In this document: positions 1 through 12,295 of the stretch, in pieces
Numbering within the stretch: position 1 is the first letter of the stretch
Layout: each line of letters starts with the position of its first letter
Assembly (NCBI GenBank): GCA_050575255.1
Contig: JBNZDD010013699.1
Coordinates: forward strand, 5,470,617-5,534,616
Length of the DNA stretch: 64,000 nt
Origin: Harriotta raleighana
Lineage: Eukaryota
Direction: 5' to 3'
Notes under the pieces: model-generated
Seen by the model: only the letters and a program-made list of their open reading frames with translations
The model's database searches: none
Told to the model about the DNA's origin: nothing
Position numbers and translations under genes: made by a program

Positions 1-25
1 ATTCGTTCTGCTGTCAAAGGTAAGT
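1..25 (+). other. 3' end of an exon (1-19) and 5' splice donor of an unidentified gene
   Basis: AAAG|GTAAGT is a perfect donor consensus with GT at 20-21, at the edge of a CpG-rich region. Coding frame undetermined. Confidence 0.65.
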
Positions 26-1900
26 ATGTTTGTTGCCTGTATAACCTCTGTGTTAGAGCACTTCAAAGGGAAGGAATCTAAGCGCGCCAAGTATTTCTGT
101 TTGCAAGATTCATTCCCCCCCCCCCCACCACCACCACCACCACCAAGGCTTTAGGTTGAGTAACGATACGTTTGCTCTCAGTGTCTATATTTTTGTGTGT
201 CTTATCAAGCGAACCAAATGAGTGGAAATAGCAATATTCCTTCTATTCGGTTGCAAAACAAGATTGTTGTCGGGTGACTAGTTCCACATTACTTTAGCAG
301 CGAAGCAATGATGTTGCCTCAAGGCCATTCTCTCAACTTCAGCTGTTTGTTCCACAGTGAAAACATTTTTCAAAACGAAAATCAGCATCCAAAACCACAC
401 CAGGCTTTGCAATGTGGTGTGTTGCTGGCTCTCGGGTTTAGCGGGAAAATAAACTGTTGTTATAATTAAATATCACTGAAAACATCGCACTATTCCTACG
501 AGACAGCACACTGAATTGGAAGGGGAAAAAAGGCTGCTTTATTTTAGTTCCCGTGCGTTATAAATAATGCGCACTCTTAGTCTGTTACTGCCATATGTTC
601 CCCTACCCCCCACATCATCGCGGCGGTTTTATACACAGAGATTTCTGCACTCTCTGCTTGTACATTTTAATTTACGTACTTTTTAATGACGTTGCAGTAA
701 ATTCACAGCATGAGTAGACGTTTTAAAATGAAAAACTGCTAAATAATCACGTCAATCCGGCGAGTCTTGTCATTGTGTATACAATGGAACCGATCTATAT
801 AGGTCGAATATTATATTTATTCAAGCCCCCGGACTTTCTTTGTTATATTTTGCAAGCGCGATTGCGAGTTGGAAATCAACAAATCTTGTTGTTGTCGTTT
901 CGATGAGGAAAGGAAAGTTACGTTTCCAATTGAACTGTTGTCTGTGGGGCGTGGACGTGTGCGAATTGGGTCTGGCTTTCACCTACAAATGCGTTAACAA
1001 TTCACAGTTAAAATCATATGAGGCGCTTTGAGACGTTTCGATGATTAGTTTCTTCACAATAAATTGATTCATGTTGCTTCACCATGTTGCGATTTTGTGA
1101 AGTCCCAACTTCTACCTTTAAATGATCCAAGTTTGAGCTGTCAGCAGCGTCAAGAGACTGTCGCTTGTTTTTCAGGGAAGAAAAAAACAATCCAGATTCA
1201 CCACATTTTGGGTCAATTGAAATTGACGGTCACAATTTAACGTCGTCTAAATTACAGGAGAATTTTGTGAAATAAAACATGAGTGAATTGATTTAAATTC
1301 CATGTGTCCAGAGAGCAATAATCACCCAGAAATGCTCAATGTTGGATTTGCATTGCTATTATACTGAAGTTTCATGAAACAAACGAAATCTATTTTAATG
1401 GCAGACGCATAATACAGACACCCAACCAACCAATCAATCAATCTAAATTATATTTATATAACGCCTTTCACGTCGGGAGGACGTCCCAATATAATGTAAA
1501 CGAACTGAATGTAGCGCATACTATGAAACTGCAATAAATCATTTCATCCGCATTGAACAGATTTTGAAGCGTTAGTTTTTTTAATGCGTAAACGTTGCCT
1601 TATTCAACACTCTTGGCCAGAATTAATCTGTCTGCCTCCATCACTAATCTCTTAAGATTAGTGATAGCAAAACGAACCCACTTGGTTTCTGATCAATCCT
1701 CAACTCGCCGGGTGTCCGGAATTAACAGCAATTTTCTGCTGCAAAATGATACTTACATCAATGTAATCGCAGTAACTCCCTCTTCCAGCAACTGATTTTA
1801 ATTGCTGTTGAAATTAATGTTCCCCGATTCGCTCGAAAAGTAATGATATGTTGTTGTGCGATCGGATTCAAAGTGAAATGTAGTTATTTTAACACATCGA
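1..1900. promoter_or_regulatory. CpG-rich, repeat-poor promoter/first-intron region
   Basis: CpGs are visibly more frequent than in the central 55 kb. Only one short L2 tail (about 1440-1490) is present. Confidence 0.6.
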
Positions 1901-2370
1901 TTTCCCCTCCTGTCCATCAAAAATAACACCAGGTATTAAAACACAAACATATGGGACAGGAGAAAATGCAGCTTACATTTTCATAGTGACAAACCGAATT
2001 TTTAATTTTATTCTTTCTATTTTGTTCAATGGGTATAATTCTTATGTGCCACAAGGAGTTCCAGAATGAATACATTGCGAATCAATGTAATCCTACGTCC
2101 TTATGTGCTTAAATAATCCTTGTGATATCTCATTGTTTAGTATTGCTTGCAACTACATTGGATGAAGTAAGATGTCAGCAAATCAGGTGGGATATAATAG
2201 TTTATTTGTAAACAAATGTGAAATCTTTCTTCAGCAAATTTGACCAAATATGCACTCGCACGTAAATTTCAGGACAGGATTTGGTTTAAAACAATTCCTT
2301 TAATGTTCGTTTGATGACTTTGAACTCAGGGACGCAATGTAATGGGATACAAGAAACGTCTCACAAATAC

Positions 2371-2431
2371 ATTATATGTGTATATGTATGTATATATATA
2401 TATGTGTGTATATATATATGTGTGTATATAT
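2371..2431. repeat. (TA/TG)n microsatellite
   Basis: tatatgtgtatatgtatgtatatatatatatgtgtg... Confidence 0.9.
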
Positions 2432-3034
2432 TTTTTGAAAAAAAATTGTGTACGTTTTGTGTAATGAAATTATTTGAGATAATGATAGGCTTACACTAAA
2501 TATAGCCTTAGAGGAATGGGAGGCAATCTTCAGAACTAAATGACATCCTTTATCTTCTCTCAACACACGAACAGTTGTCCAAAATGAGCAAATTGAGGGC
2601 ATTAATCATTCATTTATTTATTGATGCCCTGAATTTCATTTATCCCGAAGTTGTGGAAATACAGGCAGTCTGTAATATTGAAACAAGACCACACCCTTTC
2701 CAATTTACCTGATGTTCTGTGAACAGTTATGGTACCTCTTTATCTCAATGAGGGTTCGCCTTAATATCATATATACATGATGCATTTTCTTTCGTATATG
2801 GTTTTGATTTTATTTTTCTCTTTCTCTCCCAGTCTCTCTAAAGAGAGACTCGTTTTTATTGAAAAAATAGTGCTGTGCCTCCAGTTTTGATTTATTGTAT
2901 GTGAGTTTGTGATCTCATTGCCCAGTATGGAAAATATTAGACGGTCCAGATTGCGTGCAATAGGCAGACTATGATCAACATGGGGTAAAAGAATAAAACT
3001 GTCTGCACAAGAAACCTAATGCAGAACTTAAGAG

Positions 3035-3600
3035 TTGCATCCTCCCACTATAATATATGTCATAATTCCTCCCAATAAATAATACATTTATATGCATAGT
3101 ATTCTCATACCATATTATATATGTTGAATTTTCCCAATAAACTATGTACTTTGAATCCTCCCATTATACTATATACATTTTATCATTACTCTATACCATT
3201 TGCCTTGTATCCTCACAGTATCCTATATTGTTTCCTCCACCTCGGTTACCTATATTGTATCCTGCCACTATGCTATATATTGTATCATCCCATAATGCGA
3301 TATGCACTGTATCTTCCCATAATATTATATGCATTTATCCTCCCTCTATCCCATATACATTGCATCTATCCATTATGTTTATTTATTCTATCTTTTTACT
3401 ATTTGGTATGCATTGTATCATCTCACTATTCTATATGTATTGTGTACTACCACTATACTAATATACATTTTATCTTCTCACCATGTACTATATTCTCTTA
3501 CTAAGCTATACAGAGCATCCACCCACTGTCCTTTTTACATTGTATCCTTCCACTATGCTATATGTATTGCATCCTCCCACTATACTAAATACATTGTATA
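3035..3600. repeat. Degenerate minisatellite with a unit of about 27 bp
   Basis: About 20 diverged units resembling TATGCATTGTATCCTCCCATTATACTA. It accounts for the Y/I/L/C-rich ORFs at 3121-3673. Confidence 0.8.
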
Positions 3601-3604
3601 TTTC

Positions 3605-3830
3605 CAGACAGGGCAAAATCTTGGGCAAGTTTCCTTACTCCACACATCTGACAATAATCTCAAAAAAAATTGATCATTTCAATCCCCGACTGTTTATGGG
3701 ACACTGCTGTGCGCAACTGTTTCAACCACAAAATATACAGTCAATTCATTTTACAGTATAGTCTGTGAAGTGCTTTGAGACATCTTAGAAGATGTGAAAA
3801 GCACGACATTAAAAGCAAGGATTATTATGA
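3605..3830 (+). mobile_element. 5'-truncated tRNA-derived SINE
   Basis: Matches the body and tail of the full copy at 8616-8925. Confidence 0.85.
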
Positions 3831-3862
3831 TGATTGACTTCCCATTATAGTATGTACACCGT

Positions 3863-4778
3863 CATCCACTTCAGTGGGACCACACTTGCCTGGTTCGAGT
3901 CCTACCTCACAAGCCGCCGGCAGTATATCTCAATAAGTGGCTTTTCCTCCCTCTTTCATCCAGTTACCTGAGGGGTACCCCAAGGATCCATCCTTGGCCC
4001 TCTCCTTTTCCTCATCTATAGGCTCCCTCTTGGGAACGTCATCCACAGATATGGGGTACATTTCCACATGTATGCGGGTGACACCCAACTCTATTTCTCC
4101 ACCCCCCTTTGCGACCCCCGGTCCCCTGATGTTCTGTCAGTCTGCCTGTCAGACATCAGGAGATGGATGAGCGCAAACTTCCTGCAGCTGAATGTTGATA
4201 AGACGGAAGCCATACTCTTTGGCTCTTGTCAATATCTTCAATCATATGGCTCTCACCTCCTCCACCCACGCAGCCTGCCCGTAAAACTCTCCGAACCCAT
4301 GTGCAACATAGGCATCAGCTTCAACCCCCAACTGTCCTTCCTCCCCTACATCCTGTCCCTCACCAGGACCGCTTTTTCCACCCGACGGATCACCCATCTC
4401 TGGCAATATCTCACCCCAAAGGCCGCTGAAACCCTGGTACATGCCTTTGTCACCTCTCAGCTGGACTATTCCAATGTCCTACTCGCCAATCCATAAAATC
4501 CATAAAATCCGTCATTCAAAACTCTGCCACCCGCGCTCTCACCCACTGAAACTTTGCTCCCCATTTCGCCAGTTCTTGCCAGACTTCACTGGCTCCGTTC
4601 CAGAGAGGATCGATTTCAAGATCCTCACCCTTGTTTTCAAATACCTCCACTCTTCTGCACCTCTCTACCTCTCCGACCTCCTCTCTCCTCAAACCAGCAC
4701 CCGTTACCTTTGCTCCACCGGGTCTGGCCTCCTCCTTGTCCCCCGAAACCTCTGCTCCACCATCGCTGGGCCTTTTGC
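3863..4778 (+). mobile_element. L2 LINE fragment (RT and C-terminal region, degraded)
   Basis: GGGGTACCCCAAGGATCC (GVPQGS). ORF 4068-4496 reads MYAGDTQLY...[15 protein letters not shown] (YADD mutated), followed by LDYSN and PERIDFKIL motifs, with frameshifts. Confidence 0.92.
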
Positions 4779-5686
4779 TTAAATTAAGTTTCAAGTCTCC
4801 CTCTCCAATCAATTGTTCATTGTGTGCTACAAGTATCTTATTAAGGAAATATATATAATCTATAATAATAAAATATTGTTTTGGTGGAATGAATGATTCA
4901 AAAACCATTGGGAAATATTTCTGTATACAGTATTTGATGTTGTTACCTGTACTACAAATAGACAGTTTGCTTGTTGTTATTGAGAACTCATTTAATAGTT
5001 AAAGAAATACTTGAAAATACTGAAAATCCTATACCTGTGATTCTACGGTAATGCGCAAATTTTCTGCCATCAATCTGAGTTTCAATGCACACTGTGGTAA
5101 AAACAAATTCTGTAAAAGTGGTGTGAGATGTTTTGATAGTATAATAAGGTACTATATCAAATGCAAGGATTATTAATATTATTATTATCACAGTGTGAAT
5201 CTATAACTAATTTAGCATAAGTGCTATGATATAAGTGAGATAAATCCTTCATCAGTACTATTCACATTCCAAAAAATGTACAAATATTGATCTGCATGGT
5301 AAATGCATCTTCATACATCATAATTGACAGACACTGGGTTATCCCACTGTTACTGTTAATCTCTGAAGTCTATGAAAGCTACCACCAGTATACCATACAA
5401 TATTTATGAATAGGTGTGGCTTTCCATACCTGTGCTGTGTCACACTGTCATGTAATACAATGTGATTACGATTTAGTGGGAAAACTGTTGAAGCTACATT
5501 ACATTGATGCAAACACTATAATAAGAACAAATGATTCAGTTGGACAACTGGTTGTGTTTTATCTCTTTACTTCCAGTTCACATTATTTACTGAAGTGAAT
5601 ATTTTAAAGAGGACTTGCTTACAAAACACCGTTATTATATTTCATGGTAAAATCAACCTTGTGAAGCACTTTTAGACATCTTGATG

Positions 5687-6053
5687 ATAATAATAATAAT
5701 AATTCTTGAATTTGATGCAGCACCTTAGCACATCTTCAAGTGACTCAAAGCACTTCACAAAATATACTGTAAAGTGAATTGACTGTGTATTTCGTGGGCA
5801 ATATGCGACAGCCAATTGCGCACAGCAACATCCCACAAACATAATGGTCATGGATTGAGTGACCAATTTATTATTGGTAGTTTTTGAAGGAATTATTACC
5901 CCCAGAGAAGGAATCTGCTAAACAACTAACAACTAGGTTCCTTGTTTACTGCTAGGTAAACAGAGGCATGTGGAGTAAGGAAACTTCCTGGAAATTAAAC
6001 TCAGGTCTCTCCTTGCGAGGGTATATGCTCTAAACATTTAGCTACAGAACTCC
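5687..6053 (-). mobile_element. Full-length SINE, long variant, inserted into the tail of a + strand SINE
   Basis: Reverse complement of head, body and (TTA)n tail, with an extra internal segment at about 5895-5965. Confidence 0.85.
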
Positions 6054-8094
6054 ACAAGATGATGTGATAAAATGTAAGGCTTATTATATGCACTAATATC
6101 AATTTCCTGTAACAAAGACTAAACAAATGTGGATCAATGTCACTTACTTGTGACTCATGCATTAACTGCAGGTCAGCAGTCAATATCAGTGACTAATTCC
6201 ATCTATAGTATTATGAGATTGCTATGATTTGATTGTAAACCAAATGTGTCACTTTTGCTAAATAATCTGTTCTGCATTAAACAATATGAAAGACTCACAT
6301 CATGAGCATTAGGTTCCAATCACTTTCCACCCAGATGTTTTGCTAATAATTTCCATGAAGAACAAAGGCTGTTCCAAAGCATTTATAAAAACATGAAAAA
6401 TTCTGCAGTTCACTATCACATTTCATAACAAAAATATTAACAGTTCCGCTAGAAAAGTGGGATTTCTTTGAAATTAGTTCACACCCATGTTCTGATGTAA
6501 AGTTTTATTATTCATATTAGATTTTTTTTAAACGTGCAACCGAGTGAATACAGCCTAAAATATGATAGATAAATATTTGAAGATGAGTTATATAACAGGG
6601 AAAGAACAGGTAATTGGGAACATAAGCATTCATTTTATTAGAGAAATTGGCATTAGTGCCATCTCTTTTTGTGCTTTAATTTCTCAAGTCTAGAATCAAA
6701 TTAAGATTCAACATCATAAGATGTTATTAGCACCAAAATGCTCGCAAACTTACTGCCATGGTCATTGTTAAACTCATAAAAAAGTTTTGTCTGTATAAAA
6801 CATAAGACAGGTTCTCCTGAAGTTAATACTAATCTACATTTGATCATAGTCCCCAGTTAGTAAATTTAGGTCAAAATCTGAAGAAGGAATTAAGAACAGG
6901 ACAGTCAACTGACAGATCCAACTTGTCTCTACTTCAATCAGCTGTTCTATATTTATCAAGCATTTAGATTTTCTAGTAATAATAATCTTTACATTTGATA
7001 AACCATCTAGAACATTGAGAACACTTCAAAGCATTTTTCAAAGGTTCTGTAAAGTGAATGAGTATTTTGTAGGACAAATTAGCAGCCAATTTGAACACAT
7101 CAATGTCCCACAAATTGGTATAAGAACACCTGCATTATTACCTTATATTACCTGGTGGTTCTGCATTGACAAGTATATTGAATTAAATTGAAACCTGAAG
7201 GATAATTACAGCTTGCTTCATGCAGTATTCAGAATATTTGAAATGAGTGTCAGAGACCATATTGAATTTGAAGTTATAAAACAAATCTATTTCGAGAGGT
7301 TAACTGAATTGAATAACAAAATCATTGCTTCCCAAAACCTTCAAATAAAGGGGTGAAAACACAAAATGCAACGTGACTATCAGTGCTAAGCAAATATTCT
7401 TTTAGTTGACAATTTTAAGAAGCAATCATACATTTATGTCACATTTCTTGTCAAAAACTAAGAATAACTGGAAAATTACATATCATAGAAATGTCATTGA
7501 CAACATGTAAATGTGTGGATTTAAAGGGTCATATCTTCAACTGAAGGCTCAGGGACATGCATGTCTCTGGATTTTCACCTTAGTGTGGGATGTTGTCCAA
7601 ACTGGGATTATGACTCATTGTTTCCCGACATTGTGTCATTAACTGTATGTTATGCATTTCAGAGCTGGAAGAAGCAAACCCATTTATTTTAGTATCCTGG
7701 GATTATTCATTAGGTTTTTTTTTTACACAACCACTGGGTGTATTGTGTATTAAGACAATTCATTTTTGAGAGAAAGAATGGGACATATAAAACCATTTAC
7801 ATCTTAATCCTTATCCACCCTTTCCCTCCCTCTTACTGTTCTCAGCTCGAGTCTGAAGCAGTGACTGTCTAGCATCTTGGGGCGTTCTCCTGACGTGAAA
7901 GCACTATACAAGGGTAATTTTGTAGTTGTTGTTGACTCATTACACACATTCCTACTGTGGCATAAATATCCATAAATCTGAAAACCAGGAATTATCTCAC
8001 TTAATTCTGCTTCTAAGACTTTCTTAGATTTACAGTGATAGCTCAGCCAAAGAAGACCCTTGATTTCATCACAGAACTAAATTTTGTTTAAAAA

Positions 8095-8300
8095 ATGAGT
8101 GCAGTGTCCTGGCTGTACTACCCTTCATGACAATCTGTTCCAGTCATTTATTACTCTCTGGGTAAAGAACGTGTGAAGAACTGTTCTCTGACCTCATTTT
8201 TAACTCTGTACTCTTTTTTTTGGATGCTACTGTCAGACTGAAATCTTCCCCTTCCCCATTTGCTTGCGAATTCTCTGCATTATTTTAAGCGTATCACTTG
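8095..8300 (-). mobile_element. Old CR1 LINE 3' fragment
   Basis: tgttccagtcatttattactctctgggtaaagaac is the antisense of the CR1 FFTQRVxxxWN motif. Confidence 0.6.
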
Positions 8301-8615
8301 TAGCACTGCTTAACCTCATAGGAAATGTGGGGTAAGATGTTGTGATGTTCCTTAACCTGTTCCTTGTGTTAATTAGCATAAGGAATATCTTAAGAGATAC
8401 AAATTTGTTCCTAATGAGTACTGGTATAAGGAGTCTCCTCATCTGGGCTAATAAAACACTGTGGCACTATCTTTGCTGTATTTTCTCCTACAACAACCTT
8501 TAAAAACCCACCATAAAAACAGTTTCTGGCTCATGAGACGTTCGCAGTGTTTGATTGACGTCACTGTGGGCGGAGTGGCTCTGGGTGTGCCAGTGCAAAG
8601 TGGCATATTGGATAT

Positions 8616-8925
8616 GGAGTCCTGTAGCTCAGTGGTTAGAGCACTCGCCTTACAAGTGAGAGTCCCGAGTTTGATTCCAGGCAGGGCAAAACCTTGAGCA
8701 AGTTTCCTTCCTCCACACGCCTGATAATAATCCCTTGAAAAAACAATAATAAATTGGTCATTTCAATCCACGACTGTTTGTGGGACACTGCTGTGTGCAA
8801 TGGGCTGCCGTGTTTCACCCATATAATATACAGTCAATCCATTTATACAGTATATTCTGCGAAGCACTTTGAGACGTCCAGAAGACATGAAAAGCACTAT
8901 ATGAAATGTAAGGATTATTATTATT
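8616..8925 (+). mobile_element. Full-length tRNA-derived SINE (short variant)
   Basis: Head GGAGTCCTGTAGCTCAGTGGTTAGAGCA (A box) ... GTTTGATTCC (B box-like), conserved body, stem-loop tail and (TTA)n end. Confidence 0.92.
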
Positions 8926-8934
8926 GTTACACTT

Positions 8935-9278
8935 GGAGGCGTCGCTGTTGTTCAGCCTCCAGCCCCGACAGCACAGAGACAGCAATTGTCCATGTCCCCC
9001 GATCCATCCACACCCTCCCCACCCCATCCCCACTCCCCAACTTTTGGAATTCCATCCTGCAATCCCTCCAACTCACCCCCACGTTAGCCTAGTTCAGACC
9101 CACCTCAAGACCCTCCTTTTCAACTATGCCATTGGTCACTTCCTTTCCCTCCCTTCCCTCCACCCTCCCTGATCCCAACCCCAGCTCGGGTTCGAAACAC
9201 TGACAATCCAGTACCTTAGGACGATCTCCCAATACGAAAGGCGCTATACAAATGTAATTTTGTTGTTGTTGTTGTTGT
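8935..9278 (+). mobile_element. L2 LINE 3' end with (TTG)n tail
   Basis: ctcaagaccctccttttc (LKTLLF), then ggcgctatacaaatgtaattttgttgttgttg. Confidence 0.8.
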
Positions 9279-9282
9279 AGTT

Positions 9283-10495
9283 GTCAAAGTCACAAACTGC
9301 ATCCTCTCTATCTGTGACCAGAACTCCCTCTGGCTCTTCGTCCTCCTGGATCTCTCTACCATGTTCGACACAGTCGACCGCGCCATCCTACCTCTCCTTC
9401 CTCATCCACATTAGCGGGACCGCACTCGCATGGTTCGAGTCCTACTTAACAAACTGCCTCCATTTCATCTCAGCAAATGCTTTCTCCTCCCATATCCTGT
9501 CCGGTCACTTGTGGGGTACTTAGTGGTTAGAGCACTGGCCTTACAAGCATGAGACCTGTGTTCGAATCCAGGCAGATCAGGGCGAAACCTTGGGCAAGTT
9601 TCCTTACTCCACATGCCTAATAATAATCCCTCCAAAAAAACCACAATAATAAAATTGTTCATTTTCAATCCATGACTGTTTGTGGGACGCTGCTGTGTGC
9701 AATTGGCTGCCGCATTCCGCCCATAAATATACAGTCAATTCACTTTCCAGTATATTCTGTGAAGCACTTTGGACATTGATAAGATGTGAAAAGCACTATA
9801 TCAAATGCAAGGATTATAATTTTATTATTATTTTTACCCCAGGGCTCCATTTCAAGCCGTCTTTTCTCTATCTATCGGCTCCCTCTGGGTGAGATCATCC
9901 GAGGTTTGGGGTAATCTTCCACATTAATGCAGATAATACACAAATATACTTTGCCTCCGCCAATACCAATGACTTCACTTTTGTGGATCTGAACTCCTCA
10001 ACCTTCCTGGGCTCTCCCTTAGACTCACTGATACAGTGCACAATCTAGGTATCCAGTTCGATTCTCCAGTTGGCCTACCTCCCCCACATCTAGTACCTGA
10101 GCAGGACTGCAACCTCCACTTTTGCCACGTTGCCTCTTCCCGTATCTTATTCCACATGCAGCCAAAACCCTCCTACATGTGTTTGTCAACTCCTTCCTGG
10201 ATTACTCCAATGTACTCCATGCCGGTCTCCACATTTCCACTCTTCAATTCTGTTCATTCAGAGCACTGTTGCCCACATACTTACTCGAATGTACACAGAC
10301 CAAACTCTGTGTCCACAATTCACAAGTATTGGCCTGGCTCCCCATCACCAAATGGATCAACTTTAAGACCCTCGAACTCATGTTCTTCCCACTCATCCTT
10401 TCACTCTCTGTCACCTCCCTATCTCTCAAACCTCCGCAATCCACCTCCCAGTCCCTCCGCTCGACTGGCATCGGCCTCCTGCTCATTTATCATAC
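9283..10495 (+). mobile_element. Degraded L2 RT fragment interrupted by a SINE at 9521-9832
   Basis: LLDLS..FDTVD-like sequence at about 9340-9380. The GVPQG codons are split by the SINE (ggggtac ... taccccagggctcc). LDYSN and WINFKTL motifs follow. Confidence 0.85.
9521..9832 (+). mobile_element. Near-full-length SINE nested in L2
   Basis: tagtggttagagcactggccttacaag...gttcgaatcc...ggattataattttattatt. Confidence 0.9.
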
Positions 10496-10526
10496 ACTCC
10501 GCCACTGTTAAGCATTCTGAGACACT

Positions 10527-11203
10527 ACCTTGGCATCAAGTTCGACCCCCAACTGTCCTTCCTCCCCCACATCCGGTCCCTCACCAGCACTGCTTTTTTC
10601 CACCTGCAACGTATTGCCCGTCTCCGGCAATACCTTGCCCCAAAGCCACTGAAACTCTGGTCCATGCCTTTGTCATCTCTCAACTGGACTACGCAAATGC
10701 ACTCCTCGCTGGTCTCCCCTCTACCACAATCTATAAAATCTAGCTCATTCAGAACTCTGCCGCCCGCGTTCTCATCCGCACCAAATGTCGCTCCCCAATT
10801 AGCCCAGTCCTTGCCAGACTTCACTAGCTCCCTGTCCCGGAGAGGATCGATTTCAAGATCCTCACTCTTGTTTTCATTTTTCTCCACTCCTCTGCACCCC
10901 CCCACTACCTCTCTGACCTCCTCTCTCCCCCAACACAATACCCATTACCTTCGCTTCTCTGGTTCTGGTCTCCTCCTTGTCCCCCACTATCAGTGGCCAT
11001 GCCTTCAGCCACTATGCCCCGAAGCTCTAGAACTCCGTTCTTCACTCACTTCGCCTCGCCCCCTCTCTTCCTAGTTTCAGGTCTCAGCTGAAGACCTTTC
11101 TTTTCGACCACACTTTTTCCCCCTCCCCCAACTCGGGATAGTGAAGCGCTCTGAGACGCTATCCGGCATGGAGGGCGCTATATAAATCAAAGTTGTTGTT
11201 GTT
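10527..11203 (+). mobile_element. Younger L2 3' fragment (tail type A)
   Basis: [26 protein letters not shown] motif; ends gagggcgctatataaatcaaagttgttgttg. Highly similar to 26105-26802. Confidence 0.92.
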
Positions 11204-11504
11204 TAAGGGCTTTTTAAGTGCAAGTTGTTATTAATGTGCCTTTCTCTGTGTCTCTGAGCATGTGTGTCTCTCTGTGAGTTTGTAACTGTGTGTGCCTCTC
11301 GTGTGATTCTGAGTATGTGTGTGTGTCTTTCTGGGTCTGTGTGTGTGTCTCTCTCTCTGGGTCTCTGGAGTCCTGGCCCTGAGAGGCAGCAGGTGATTTT
11401 CTCCTATAGCCTCGCTGGTGTGTGTCCTACCTGTGTTCCAGTCACTACAGATCAGATCACCTGTCGGCCCCACGTTAAAATAAACCATAAGAAAATGATT
11501 ATAA

Positions 11505-11790
11505 AGAGTCAAACATAAAGTCAGTTTCCTGACCTAAGCCATGGGAATGCTAGTTCTAACTCTAAATAAGAATTGTAAACACTGGGATGCCTCAACCAAT
11601 ATTTACATTCCATGTACAGAGTTAGAACTAGCATTGCTCCAACCTAGATCAGGAAATGTCTTCAATGTCAGCTACAAGAGTTAAGTGACAATACGACTTA
11701 TAGCAGCACTTATTAAGGAACAAATGTGTGGTGGTCCTTAGCATGTTCCTGTGCTAATTAACACAAGGAATAGATAAGGAACACTACAGA
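11505..11790. repeat. Palindromic (foldback/MITE-like) element
   Basis: Perfect 18-bp inverted repeat at 11546-11563/11618-11635 with further outer pairing. A second palindrome is centred on TAATTA at about 11755. An inverted homologue lies at 8340-8435. Confidence 0.65.
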
Positions 11791-11954
11791 CTTTTTATCA
11801 ATAACTGAAGAATACGCATCCCTTTGTTGACTGATTTGGGTGAAAGTCTATTCCACCTCGGCAACCCTTCTCAATTCATCCCTTATTTGGGAGTTTGCTA
11901 ATTTTATATTCATATCCTGGAGATCTATGTTCATACTCCAACTTAAATAACGTG

Positions 11955-12295
11955 CTTTGGCTGTTTGTGTGACATTGCTATGGCTGGCTGCCACATTTCA
12001 CCCACAAAATACACAATGAATCTACATTACATCAGTAATAATAATCCTCGTATTTGATATACTGTAGCGCTTTTTATGGCTTCTTCTTCTTCAGTATATT
12101 CTGTGAAGCACTTTGAGATGTCTCAACGACATGATAAAGTGTTATATCAAATGCAAGAATGTTTATTATTATAAAATATACAGTCACCATTTTACATGCG
12201 AATGTTAGCACTTCACATTATATCCTGTGAAGCACTTTGAGACATCCTCCTGATATGTAAGGTACTGTATCAAATGGAAGGATTATGATTACAGT
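11955..12295. mobile_element. Cluster of SINE/L2 tail fragments in both orientations
   Basis: Repeated tgtgaagcactttgagac...tatcaaatgcaag motifs. Confidence 0.8.

Noticed and set aside
3121-3761. Overlapping 92-127 aa Y/I/L/C-rich ORFs
   Set aside because: Translation of the 27-bp minisatellite and an adjacent SINE.
8616-8690. tRNA gene (Val-like, TAC loop); similar at 59481
   Set aside because: SINE head: the acceptor stem is imperfect and it runs straight into the SINE body found in many copies.
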